Source: an uncultured Trueperaceae bacterium
GTDB lineage: Bacteria > Deinococcota > Deinococci > Deinococcales > Trueperaceae
Assembly (NCBI GenBank): GCA_963815215.1
Contig: CAWFFU010000010.1
Span: 160,001-224,000 of the forward strand
Length of the DNA: 64,000 nt
Direction of reading: 5' to 3'
Positions 40,415 through 49,766 of this stretch are shown here, piece after piece. Position 1 is the stretch's first letter. The number at the start of each line of letters is the position of its first letter. The position numbers and the translations under genes were made by a program. The notes under the pieces were generated by a model. The model was not told where the DNA came from. It saw only the letters and a program-made list of their open reading frames with translations, and ran no database searches.

Positions 40415-40903
40415 TCAGACGAACTCGGGACGGTTCTCGACCTCGGGGGAGCCGTACAGCCGTTCGCGGGCGGCGCGCAACGCTTCTGCCGCCAGTCGGC
40501 AACCGCCGTGGGTCTGCTGCCACGCCTCCAGTCGATGCTGGATCGCGGCTTCGAGCTCGTCGGCGCGGCGGCGGTAGTGACCGCCGAACGAGAAGTGCTG
40601 GGTGGCTTTGAGATCGTCGCCGACCGACAGTGCGTCCTCGGCTACGCGGGTCTCCACCAGCGCGCGGTCGCGGAGTTGCATCATGCGGCGGTAGAGCGCG
40701 ACCAGCCGGTCGAAATCGGCGCCATGGGCGCCGCGCTCCGCCGTGCCGGCGCCGGTCCCAGCGCCGGTCCCAGCGCCGGTCCCAGCGCCGAGGTGGGCGT
40801 CGGACGCCGCGGGCCTGGGTCGGTGGAACCAGGGACGGGGACCGGGTCTCAAGAGGCGGCGCAGGCCTCGCGGCGGGTGGTTGAGTCGATCGAGATGCTT
40901 CAC
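40415..40903 (-). CDS. Hypothetical protein, helical C-terminal part
   Basis: GGAGG RBS 5 nt before GTG 40903; coding-like C-terminal half; no family recognised. Confidence 0.6.
   Translation of the reverse strand: MKHLDRLNHPPRGLRRLLRPGPRPWFHRPRPAASDAHLGAGTGAGTGAGTGAGTAERGAHGADFDRLVALYRRMMQLRDRALVETRVAEDALSVGDDLKATQHFSFGGHYRRRADELEAAIQHRLEAWQQTHGGCRLAAEALRAARERLYGSPEVENRPEFV
40749..40790. repeat. In-frame 12-bp tandem repeat (GAGT) x3.5
   Basis: gcgccggtccca x3 plus gcgccg. Confidence 0.92.
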
Positions 40904-41202
40904 GGGCACCTCCGGGTTGCGGTGCAGGCGACGCCGTTCGAGCCAGGGGGTCCACGGCCGCCTGGCGGCGGCGCGCGAAGGCGTCGGTGGCGTAAGGATC
41001 GTTGGGGAAAGCTCGTCGGATAGGGCGCGCGCACGAGGGCGCGCCGTCCCTGGCCGGAAGGGCCTAGCCGGACGAGGTATGGGTGTGAAGGCGTTGCGGT
41101 CGTTGCATCGGGGACCTCGCTTCGGAACGCGCCGGGGCGCGGGGGCTCGCAGTTCGTGGCGACCGGCGGGGCGTCCCTCCGCGGCCGCCCTCGGTCAGCC
41201 GG

Positions 41203-41231
41203 AGCATAGAGGAGAGGGTGTGGGGTGTCAA
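41203..41231 (-). promoter_or_regulatory. Near-consensus sigma70 promoter
   Basis: TTGACA-N17-TATGCT on the minus strand. Confidence 0.75.
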
Positions 41232-41324
41232 GGCCGAGGTGGACGGATGCTCGCCTTCATGATGACGATGCGCGCACGGTCGCGGTGGACGCGTCGGAAT
41301 GTGAGGATGAGCGTTGCGTGCGAT

Positions 41325-44189
41325 TCACTCTCCTCTAACGTTCGGGCCGTCGGCGCCGTCGGCACCGACGGCCCGGTCGGGGGTCCCCTCGTCGAGCAAC
41401 TCGACGTAGCCCGCGTCGCCGTGCAGGCGGATGCGTTGCCCCGTCGCGATGATGGTGGTGGCGTTCTCCACCCCGACGACCGCGGGCAGCCCGTACTCGC
41501 GCGCCACCACCGAGCCGTGGGTCATGAGGCCGCCCACCTCCATCACCAGGCCTGCGGCCTGCGTGAACAGTGGGGTCCAGCCCGGGTCGGTGAAGGGGGC
41601 GACCAGGATCTCGCCGGGCTCGAGCCCGGCCTGGGCCGGATCGAGCACCACTCGCGCCCGCCCCTCCACCACGCCCGGCGACACGGCGCTGCCGACGAGC
41701 GCGCCGGCCGGTACGGTACCGGTCCGGTGGGCGAGCGCCGGGATGTAGCCCTCGCTGGTCATGAGCCTGGGGGGCGTCAGGCCCGCGAAGCGCTTCTGGT
41801 CCGCACGGCGGGCCGCCACGATGGCGCGCAGGTCGGGCTTCGCGCCGGCGGCCGCCCCGCTGCGCTCGTCGGCAGCCCGGTCACCGGCCTCGTGTTCGTC
41901 GGCGCCTCGTTCGTCTGTGCCTTGCTCGGCGACCGCGTGCGCCCCGGCCTCGTGCCCGCCGGCGGCCGCCAGGAGCTCCGGCCACGTCAGCCACCACACG
42001 TCCTCGCGCAGCTCCAGGCGACCCGCGGCCGCCAACTCGGCGCCGGCGTCCAGCACCAGCGGCCGGACCAGGTCGAGCGTCCGGACCAGCAGGTACTTGG
42101 GGTGCTCCCGCAGGACCGGAAGCGTGCGCGCCACGCGCGTCAGCCGTGCCACCAGCGGTCCGCGCAGCCAGCCCCAGGGCCCGCCACGAGCCGCACCGGC
42201 CAGGCGCTCGGCGGCGGCGGCGCCGGTCGCGGCCAGGGCGGCGTGGCGGGCCCGGTGTGCGCCCGCCGTCTCGTGCTGAAGATTGCTCGCGATCATGCCC
42301 AGGAGCGAGGTGGGGTCGTCGCGCCAGCGCGGTCGGGCGATGTCGATCTCGGCCGGCCCGCGCATGCCGTAGCGCTCCAGGAAGCCCTCCAATGCCTCCA
42401 GGAAGGCTGCGCCGCCGGCGCTCCGGCGGGCGTGCTCGAGGCGCTCCTGGGCGGTCCTCCGGCTGTCGGCGAGCCACGTCGCCAGCTCGGGGTACGGCCT
42501 GGCCGCATCGGCCACATCGCCCACCCGCAGGTCCATCTCGGTGGTGACGTTGCCGGAGAGCCCGCGGCTCACGGCGGCGACGTCCTCGTCGTGACCGGCC
42601 GGCGCCCAGCGCCTCAGCAGGTGGTAGCCGAGGATGCCGGCGGCGATGAAGGGCGGCAGCTTCCAGGCGCCCTCAAGGAAGACGTCCTCGAGTACGCGGT
42701 AGGCGGCGTGAAGACGCTGCGGGCCGGCGGCGGCGGCGAGATCGCGCCGGGCGCGGGCCAGGTAGCGCTCGACGGCGCGGTCGGCGGCGGGCGCAGCGCC
42801 GTTCAGGCGCCGGACCGTGAGCCAGGCCAGGCCGTGCAGGGCGACCGGCGCCATGCTACGGCGCAGCCCGGCCCAGCCGGCCCGTTCGCCGCGGCGCAGG
42901 AATTCCGGATCGGCAACCAGCTCTCGCAGCGCAGCCGGCGCCAGCGGATCGGCGTTGGCCAGGATGCCGGGGATGACGCGGCGCCCCAGCGGGTGGCGCA
43001 GCACCGGTGACAGGTCGAGGTACATGCGGCCCCCTGCCAGCGCCAGGTAGGGGTTCTCCTCGCCGTCGGGCCGGCCGAACGGCAGCAGCACGCGCCAGGT
43101 CGACAGCCCCAGCGGCGTCATGGGCTCGAGCACCCCCTGCGCGTGCGCGAAGCTGAAGTACAGGTGCAGGCCGCCGTCGGCGGGTCGCGGTTCGGGCAGC
43201 GGGTAGAGCGATGTGATGGGGCGGGCCTGCAGCGTCGTCAGCTCACCGCCGCGGTAGGCCCATTCGATGTCCTGCGGCAGGCCGAAATGCTCGGCGATGC
43301 GCGTTCCCAGCGCCGTGAGCTCCAGCACCTGGCGATCGGTCAGCGAGGCCGCGCGGCTACGCTCGTGCGGGAGCGCCACCCGCTCGACCCCGCCGTCGGC
43401 GGCCGCCACGATGCTCAGGCCCTTGTCGGCGATGTGACGCTCGACGATGGCGCCGTGGCGGCGGTCGACGCGGAAGCGATCGGCCGTCACCACGCCCGAG
43501 ACCAGCGCCTCCCCGAGACCGAACCCGGCGTCGATGACGGTGGTGAGGCGGTCGCCCGAGACCGGATCGGCGGTGAACAGGATGCCCGCCACGTCCGCGT
43601 CGACCATCCGCTGCACGACCACGGCCAGGGCCACCTCGCGATGGTCGAACCCGTTGCGCGCCCGGTAGAGGATGGCGCGCTCGGTGAACAAGGATGCCCA
43701 GCAGCAGCGCACCGCGTCCAGCAGGGCGCGCTCGCCGCGGACGTTGAGGTAGGTGTCCTGCTGGCCTGCGAAGGAGGCGCCCGGCAGGTCTTCGGCCGTG
43801 GCGCTGGAGCGCACTGCATAGGCGCGGTCGGCGCCGGCCCGCCGCCAGGCGCCCTCGATGTCGCGGGCCACCTCGTCCGGGATCGGCGCCGCCACCAGCA
43901 CGGTCCGCAGCCGTTCGCCGACGGCGCGGGCGCCGTCGGCGTCGTCGCGCGCCAGTGCTGCCAGCGCGTCGAGGAGCGGTGCGGCCTCGGAGGCGGAGGC
44001 CACGAAGGCGCGGTAGGCGTCGGTCGTCACGCAGAACCCCGGCGGAACCGGCAGCCCCGCGCGCGTCAGCTCGCCCAGGTTGGCCCCCTTGCCGCCGGCG
44101 CGCGCCACGTCCTCGGCGCCGAGATCGCCGAGCGCGATGACCCGGGGCGCCGGGGCGGGGGCGCTGTCCCGTCGGGGCTGCCGGCGCAC
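41325..44189 (-). CDS. Rifamycin phosphotransferase-like PEP-utilising kinase (ATP-grasp, substrate domain, C-terminal swivel His)
   Basis: GGKGANLGEL, AVRSSATAEDLPGASFAGQQDT, LQARPITSL, YGMRGPAEIDI, TDPGWTPLF, GGLMTHGSVVAREYG; His domain is C-terminal as in RPH, unlike PpsA. Confidence 0.85.
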   Translation of the reverse strand: MRRQPRRDSAPAPAPRVIALGDLGAEDVARAGGKGANLGELTRAGLPVPPGFCVTTDAYRAFVASASEAAPLLDALAALARDDADGARAVGERLRTVLVAAPIPDEVARDIEGAWRRAGADRAYAVRSSATAEDLPGASFAGQQDTYLNVRGERALLDAVRCCWASLFTERAILYRARNGFDHREVALAVVVQRMVDADVAGILFTADPVSGDRLTTVIDAGFGLGEALVSGVVTADRFRVDRRHGAIVERHIADKGLSIVAAADGGVERVALPHERSRAASLTDRQVLELTALGTRIAEHFGLPQDIEWAYRGGELTTLQARPITSLYPLPEPRPADGGLHLYFSFAHAQGVLEPMTPLGLSTWRVLLPFGRPDGEENPYLALAGGRMYLDLSPVLRHPLGRRVIPGILANADPLAPAALRELVADPEFLRRGERAGWAGLRRSMAPVALHGLAWLTVRRLNGAAPAADRAVERYLARARRDLAAAAGPQRLHAAYRVLEDVFLEGAWKLPPFIAAGILGYHLLRRWAPAGHDEDVAAVSRGLSGNVTTEMDLRVGDVADAARPYPELATWLADSRRTAQERLEHARRSAGGAAFLEALEGFLERYGMRGPAEIDIARPRWRDDPTSLLGMIASNLQHETAGAHRARHAALAATGAAAAERLAGAARGGPWGWLRGPLVARLTRVARTLPVLREHPKYLLVRTLDLVRPLVLDAGAELAAAGRLELREDVWWLTWPELLAAAGGHEAGAHAVAEQGTDERGADEHEAGDRAADERSGAAAGAKPDLRAIVAARRADQKRFAGLTPPRLMTSEGYIPALAHRTGTVPAGALVGSAVSPGVVEGRARVVLDPAQAGLEPGEILVAPFTDPGWTPLFTQAAGLVMEVGGLMTHGSVVAREYGLPAVVGVENATTIIATGQRIRLHGDAGYVELLDEGTPDRAVGADGADGPNVRGE

Positions 44190-44190
44190 G

Positions 44191-44991
44191 CTAGCTCGCC
44201 GCCCCGTCGAGGAACAGGCGTACGGCGAGCCTCGCCAGGGCGTCCGGATCGTCCATCGCCATGTCGTAGTGCTCAGGGCCGATCACGGCGAACGCCAGCA
44301 GCGTGCCGACGAACGCGAGTGCGAGGTGCCGGGGTGGCCCGGTCCGGGCCAGCCGCCCCGCCCCCGCTTCGCGCTCGAACAGTGTAGCCAGCCGGTCGAG
44401 CGTCCGTTCGGAGGAGCCCTTCAGGACGCGCAGCACCTCGAGTTCGTCCGGCGTACCGGCCAGCACGATCCTCATCAGATCGCGGTTGTCGCCGAACAGC
44501 GTCAGCGCCTCGCGGGCGATGGCGGTCAGATCGGTCGGGAGGTCGCCGCTCGAGCGCTCGACCCGGTCGTGCACCCGAGCCCGGCCGGCGGCGGCCCTCA
44601 CGAACGCCTCGAGCAGCCCCTCGCGACCGCCGAAGTGGCGGTAGACGGTGGCGACGCCGACGCCCGCCCGCTCGGCCACACGTTCGATGGTGGTTCCCGT
44701 CACGCCGCGTTCGGCCACCACCCGCCGCGCCGCGGCCAGGATGCGCGTGTGCGGGTCCTCTCGATCGGGGAGGCGCTCGCCGCGTGCGGCGAGCTGCGCC
44801 AGTACCGCTCTCTTGCTGCCGACACGGCGGTAGAGCGTGGCCCGTGACAGCCCGGTGCGGCGCTCGAGCTGCTCCATGGTGAAGGCGGCGCCGTGGCTGC
44901 GGCTGAGGGCCGCGGCGGCGCGGAGGATCGCCTCGGTGCGGCTATCGTCGTCCGTGCCGGCCGGAGGTGGGGCCGCATCGGGGGCTGACAT
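44191..44991 (-). CDS. TetR-family regulator with two tandem HTH domains
   Basis: TMEQLERRTGLSRATLYRRVGSK and TIERVAERAGVGVATVYRHFGGR. Confidence 0.88.
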   Translation of the reverse strand: MSAPDAAPPPAGTDDDSRTEAILRAAAALSRSHGAAFTMEQLERRTGLSRATLYRRVGSKRAVLAQLAARGERLPDREDPHTRILAAARRVVAERGVTGTTIERVAERAGVGVATVYRHFGGREGLLEAFVRAAAGRARVHDRVERSSGDLPTDLTAIAREALTLFGDNRDLMRIVLAGTPDELEVLRVLKGSSERTLDRLATLFEREAGAGRLARTGPPRHLALAFVGTLLAFAVIGPEHYDMAMDDPDALARLAVRLFLDGAAS

Positions 44992-44998
44992 GGTTGAT

Positions 44999-45027
44999 AG
45001 CCTAAGCTCTCACGACGTATCAGTCAA
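44999..45027 (-). promoter_or_regulatory. Leaderless promoter of tetR-kinase operon
   Basis: TTGACT-N17-TAGGCT, 7 nt before ATG 44991. Confidence 0.72.
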
Positions 45028-45128
45028 CGGTCCCCGGCCCGATCCCTGCTGAAGTGTCGGCCCGACCGGCCGAGTTCGGTGCCTATTCTCCGGTGGCCGC
45101 CGCGGCGCGGCGCGAGTAGAGTGCGGCC

Positions 45129-46244
45129 ATGACCCAACCGGTGCTGGATCTGCCCGTCGCTGCGGTCCCGGGCCGGCGCTCACCCGAGCTGCCACCGCGC
45201 GACGCGATGTTGAGGGCCACGCTCGAGCGTGACGCCACCCTCGACGGCGTGTTCTTCGTGGCCGTGCGCACCACCGGCATCTTCTGCCGTCCCTCGTGCC
45301 CGGCCCGCAAGCCCAAGCCCGAGAACGTCGAGTTCTTCGGCACTGCCAAGGAAGCGCTCTCCAGCGGCTACCGCCCTTGCCAGCGCTGTCACCCGCTGGA
45401 GCCGGCTGGCACCACCCCGGGCGCCATAAGGCAGCTGCTCGACGAGCTGGAGGCCGACCCCGGCCGCCGCCTGCGCGACGGCGACCTGCGTCAGCGTGGG
45501 CTCGATCCGGGTTGGGTGCGGCGCTGGTTCAAGAAGCACCACGGCATGACCTTCCACGCCTACCAGCGCGGGCGCAGGCTGGCCAAGGCCATCCATCAGC
45601 TGGCGGACGGCGCGCCCGTCGTCCACGCCGCGTTCGACAACGGTTACGACTCGCTCAGCGGCTTCCAGGACGCGCTGCGCGCCATCACCGGCCGCACCGC
45701 GTCGCAGAGTCGCGACGCGCGGCTCGTCCACGTCTCGCGGCTGGCCACGCCGCTGGGGCCGATGCTGGTCGCCGCCACCGACGACGCCGTGTGCCTGCTG
45801 GAGTTCACCGACCGTCCCATGCTGGAGACCCAGCTCAAGCGGCTCGCGAAGCGTCTAGAAGGCGCCTTCGTGCCGGGCCTGAACCCGGTCGGGCGGGCGC
45901 TCGAGCGTGAGCTCGCGGCGTACTTCCGTGGGGAGCTGCGAGCCTTCGAGACACCCCTGCTCACGGTCGGTACGGAGTTCCAGGAACGCGTCTGGCGCGA
46001 GCTCCGCTCTATCCCCTACGGGTCCACCCGGAGCTACGCCGAGCAGGCGTCCGGCATCGGCTCGCCCAAGGCGGTGCGCGCCGTCGCCCGGGCCAACGGG
46101 GACAACCGCCTGGCCATCGTCGTCCCCTGTCACCGTGTCATCGGGAGCGACGGGAAGCTGGTGGGGTACGGCGGGGGCCTGTGGCGCAAGCGCTACCTGC
46201 TGGAGTTGGAGCGGCGGGCGCGCGGCGCTCCGACGGCGGGCTGA
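45129..46244 (+). CDS. ada: Bifunctional Ada regulator / O6-methylguanine-DNA methyltransferase
   Basis: FCRPSC and PCQRC Zn site, AraC-like HTH, PCHRV active site; TAGAGT 6 nt before ATG. Confidence 0.93.
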   Translation: MTQPVLDLPVAAVPGRRSPELPPRDAMLRATLERDATLDGVFFVAVRTTGIFCRPSCPARKPKPENVEFFGTAKEALSSGYRPCQRCHPLEPAGTTPGAIRQLLDELEADPGRRLRDGDLRQRGLDPGWVRRWFKKHHGMTFHAYQRGRRLAKAIHQLADGAPVVHAAFDNGYDSLSGFQDALRAITGRTASQSRDARLVHVSRLATPLGPMLVAATDDAVCLLEFTDRPMLETQLKRLAKRLEGAFVPGLNPVGRALERELAAYFRGELRAFETPLLTVGTEFQERVWRELRSIPYGSTRSYAEQASGIGSPKAVRAVARANGDNRLAIVVPCHRVIGSDGKLVGYGGGLWRKRYLLELERRARGAPTAG

Positions 46245-46271
46245 CCGAACGCGGGCCCGAGGGCCGAGTCT

Positions 46272-47207
46272 CTAGCTCCGCAGCACGCTGAGCGGCAGGT
46301 AGCACGACACGATCCAGTTGGGCGCGTCGACCACCTCGCTGATCTTCAGGTCCGCCGCCACGCTGCACAGTACGTACGCCTTCTCGCGCGTCAGGCCGTG
46401 GTTGGCCGCCAGCCAGGCCACCATGTCGCGGACCGCGGTGCGGGCGTTCTGGTAGAGGTCGGGTCCGTGCGCGGTGGTGGCGAAGTAGCCGGCGCTGTCG
46501 GTGCGGGTGAGGGGGCTGGGCGTGGTGAACTGCAGCTCCCGTACGGTCAGGTCCTTGCGTACGCGGAAGCGCAAGGTCACCGTCATCGGCGCCTCGATGC
46601 CGGTGCCGCACACCTCGCCGTCGCCCTGCGCGGCGTGGCAGTCGCCGGTGGAGAAGAGCGCGCCCGGCGCCAGCACCGGGAAGTAGCCGGTGGCGCCGAC
46701 GGTGAGCCCGCGGATGTCGATGTTGCCGGCGTTGGCGCGCGGGGGTGCGGTGATCAGCCGGCCGGCCTCGGCCGGCGCCACGCCCATCACCCCGCAGAAC
46801 GGTTCGAAGGGGACCCTCACCGCGTCGGAGTCGCGGAAGCGGCAGGTGTCGCCGTCCAGCGTCCAGTGTTGCAGGTAGGGGGCGTCGAACTCGTCGGGGA
46901 TGAGTCCGATGCCGCGGGGCTTGAACGCGGTCCAGCCCCAGCCGTGATGCTCGAGCTCTAGGATCTCGACCTCGAGCGTGTCGCCCGGACGGGCGCCTTC
47001 CACGAACACCGGTCCGGTCAGCGCGTGGGCGCGGGACGCGTCGAAGGTCGCGTAGGCGTCCGCGTCCGATGCCGGCGTCACCTGGGCGTCGCTGGCGTCT
47101 TTGCACTCGAAGGTGACGGTGTCCCCCGAGTCGATCGTCAGGCGGGCGGGGTAGTCGCGGTCCCAGAAGGCATGGACCACGCTGTCGTCGAGGTGGTGCT
47201 CGGCCAC
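46272..47207 (-). CDS. Acetamidase/formamidase family protein
   Basis: HALTGPVFVEGARPGD, GNID, GDCHAAQGDGEVCGTGIE. Confidence 0.92.
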   Translation of the reverse strand: MAEHHLDDSVVHAFWDRDYPARLTIDSGDTVTFECKDASDAQVTPASDADAYATFDASRAHALTGPVFVEGARPGDTLEVEILELEHHGWGWTAFKPRGIGLIPDEFDAPYLQHWTLDGDTCRFRDSDAVRVPFEPFCGVMGVAPAEAGRLITAPPRANAGNIDIRGLTVGATGYFPVLAPGALFSTGDCHAAQGDGEVCGTGIEAPMTVTLRFRVRKDLTVRELQFTTPSPLTRTDSAGYFATTAHGPDLYQNARTAVRDMVAWLAANHGLTREKAYVLCSVAADLKISEVVDAPNWIVSCYLPLSVLRS

Positions 47208-47301
47208 GGTGAGGCTCCTATTCGTCCGGACGCGTCTTCGGGCGCTCCGGAGGGGACGGCGCCCGCGGGACGCCGTGGCTCACGATACCGACCGACCAGG
47301 C

Positions 47302-48027
47302 TCAGCGCAGCCGCTTGCCCATCCACACGGCGCGACCGTCCTGTCCCTCGCCGAGAGGGATGAAGCCGAGGTGCTCGTAGAAGCCGATGGCGCGCGCGTT
47401 GGCCTCCGCCACCCCCAGGTGCACGCCGGCGGAGCCGTCCCGCCGCAGGGCCTCGAGTAGGCGTTCCATCAGCGCCCTGCCATGGCCGCGACCCTGGGAA
47501 GTGGGGAGCAGATCGATGTGCAGATGCGACGGATAGGACCGGAACGCCTCGGGCAGGATGCGGGGGAAAGCCTCGTCGGGATGGTGAAGCAGGTGCATCA
47601 GGCGCTGATCGGGCGTCCAGCGCTCCGGGTCGCCGCCCGGATCGGGGTAGCGATGTTGCAGTGGCGGCAACCAGTGCGCGCGGACGTGGGCGTGGAAGGC
47701 GACCGTGTCGAGCGCGCCGACGGCGTAGCCGGCCACACGGGAAAGGACGCTGGCAGGCAGGTTCGCAGCCACGCTGCCGACCCCGGCGCCGCCGTCCACG
47801 ACGCCCCCGACCGCCATCGGGCCAGCCGCCTCCTCGAGCACCAGCACGTGCTCCGGCTCGAGCGCGGCGTACGGGCCCACGTACAGGTGGCCGAGCAGCT
47901 CCGGGTCGTCGTGGAGTGTGCTGGCGTCCGCGCCTGCGTCGCCCGTCGCCAGGCACACCCGGTAGAGGCCGACGACGTCGTCCGGCCGGAAGGCGCGGAT
48001 GTAGCGGGCCCGCGCCGCCACGCTCAT
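47302..48027 (-). CDS. GNAT N-acetyltransferase
   Basis: HLHIDLLPTSQGRGHGRALM acetyl-CoA motif, NARAIGFYEHLGF; ATGA overlap with GH84 gene. Confidence 0.88.
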   Translation of the reverse strand: MSVAARARYIRAFRPDDVVGLYRVCLATGDAGADASTLHDDPELLGHLYVGPYAALEPEHVLVLEEAAGPMAVGGVVDGGAGVGSVAANLPASVLSRVAGYAVGALDTVAFHAHVRAHWLPPLQHRYPDPGGDPERWTPDQRLMHLLHHPDEAFPRILPEAFRSYPSHLHIDLLPTSQGRGHGRALMERLLEALRRDGSAGVHLGVAEANARAIGFYEHLGFIPLGEGQDGRAVWMGKRLR

Positions 48028-49382
48028 CGGTGGACCTCCCGGCGACTCGCCGCGCCGCGGATGCGCGGTTCCGGCTCGGGCAGCATGCGCCGCAGCGTGC
48101 CGGCGAATCCGCGCCCGTAGGTGTTGTCGACGCCATCGCGCGGAGGCTCGGGCGCCCGTCCGTCGCGGCGCGCCGCCAGCTGCCGAACGGCGCGCGCGGC
48201 CTCGATCAGCACGTCCTGCACGTACGGGCGGAGGCTCACCACCAGTTCCCGATCGCGCAACTGCGACAGCCGTTCGGCGAGGTCGGCGAGTCGCGCCACG
48301 GTCCCCGCCACGGCGTCGAAGGTGGCGCCCCAGGCGGCGGGCGGGGTTGCCAGCAGAGTACCCACGTCGTCGAGGAACGCGCGCGCGGCCGGACCGTGCT
48401 CGAACGGCAGGTACAGGAAGTCGGCCAGGAAGGCCAGGTCGTCGGGGGTGGGGGGTTCGAGGCCGACCGGCTCGAGCGCGCTCGCCCAGTCACGGATGGC
48501 CTCCAGGAAGGCGGCGCGGGGTTCGAAGGCGTCGTCGTGCAGGTAGGCGGCCAGGGTCGCGAGCGGGACGGTGTCGGCGGCGAGCTCGCCGTTGGGATTG
48601 AGGAGGATGCCCGCGACCGCGTCGCGCAGGGCCGCGGGGCGTCCCTGGTAGGGACCGAGGTAGACGCGTCCCAGGTCGTAGTCGTTGGCGTGGAGGTTGT
48701 CCCACAGCAGCGGCTTGCGTCGCAGCGCGCGTGCCACCTCGCGCACGCCTTCGACGTCGATCGTCTCGGAAACGACGTCCGGACCGGTCCAGAAGACCTC
48801 GATGTCGGGGTCGAGGCGCTCGCCGAGCTCGCCCAGGTAGGGGCTCTCGCCCACGCCGGGGCGCGCCATGGCGCCGCAGTAGTCGGTGGGGCAGAAGAGC
48901 AACGTCCCGCCGCCCGCCGCCTGGAGCTGCGCATGAAGCCGGTTGGCGGCGTCGGCCTGGGCGGCGGCCAGGCTGCCGAAGCGGGCGGTGTCCTCGTCCG
49001 AGAGCGTGCGCGGCACGTCGTCGAACAGCAGCGCAACGGTGCGCACCCCCAGGGCGAGCGCCTGCGCCACCTTGCCCTGCAGCGCCGCCGCGTCCGCGTC
49101 GTCGGCGAAGCGCAGGTCGAGGCCGGGAGCCAGGGCGTAGGCGAAGGTCACACCCTCAGCGGCGGCTCCCTCCACCAACCTCGCCAGCTCCGTGCGCTCG
49201 GTGGCGTCGTACGGTTCGCGCCAGAGCAGGCGGTGCTTGAGGTCGTCCTTGGGCGCGAAGAGGTAGGTGCCGAGTCGCCACGCGCGCATCCGCGCGAACA
49301 GCGCCAGGCGCTGAGCCTCGCTCCAGGGGCGGCCGTAGAAGCCCTCGATCACGCCACCGCGGAAGACCGCATCGTCGCTCAT
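48024..49382 (-). CDS. GH84 O-GlcNAcase / beta-N-acetylglucosaminidase, no signal peptide
   Basis: GVIEGFYGRPWS, YLFAPKDD, catalytic LLFDD, FCPTDY, WTGP, LWDNLHANDYD; GGGAGG RBS. Confidence 0.92.
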   Translation of the reverse strand: MSDDAVFRGGVIEGFYGRPWSEAQRLALFARMRAWRLGTYLFAPKDDLKHRLLWREPYDATERTELARLVEGAAAEGVTFAYALAPGLDLRFADDADAAALQGKVAQALALGVRTVALLFDDVPRTLSDEDTARFGSLAAAQADAANRLHAQLQAAGGGTLLFCPTDYCGAMARPGVGESPYLGELGERLDPDIEVFWTGPDVVSETIDVEGVREVARALRRKPLLWDNLHANDYDLGRVYLGPYQGRPAALRDAVAGILLNPNGELAADTVPLATLAAYLHDDAFEPRAAFLEAIRDWASALEPVGLEPPTPDDLAFLADFLYLPFEHGPAARAFLDDVGTLLATPPAAWGATFDAVAGTVARLADLAERLSQLRDRELVVSLRPYVQDVLIEAARAVRQLAARRDGRAPEPPRDGVDNTYGRGFAGTLRRMLPEPEPRIRGAASRREVHR

Positions 49383-49499
49383 GTCCGCCTCCCTCGCCGC
49401 GTGCCGCGGCCCGGCTCCCAGGATAGGGGCCGCACGCCGGGCGCGCGGGGGCGCGGTGCGCGCGAGGGGCAGGTGGGCCGTAACGGCGGCCAAGAACGG

Positions 49500-49667
49500 G
49501 CCGCGCGTCGCGACCTCGCCCTCACCTGGTTCGAGCAGGTGAAGGCTCCCATCAAGCGCCTGTACACCTTCGAGGATGCCGGTCACTCCGTCGCCTTCGA
49601 GCACTTCCAGGACCTGCACCGCATCCTGCTGGAGACGGTGCTGCCCGAGACCTACGCGCAGCGCTGA
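49500..49667 (+). pseudogene. C-terminal remnant of an alpha/beta hydrolase
   Basis: AARRDLALTWFEQVKAPIKRLYTFEDAGHSVAFE with His motif; no upstream part of the gene present. Confidence 0.65.
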
Positions 49668-49766
49668 GCGTCGCAGGGGCTGCGCTCGTCTCAGCGCACC
49701 GGCGGCAGTGGGTATCCCGCGCCCGTCCGACCGAGCCGCCGGCGCAGCTGGACGGGCGCGGTCGGC

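Noticed and set aside
40266..41108. Amber read-through joining the 14-aa ORF to the 229-aa frame
   Set aside because: That frame is low-complexity shadow sequence overlapping a better ORF and alkD; no recoding signal seen.
41325..44189. Annotation as PEP synthase (ppsA)
   Set aside because: His domain is C-terminal and the pyruvate-binding barrel is absent.
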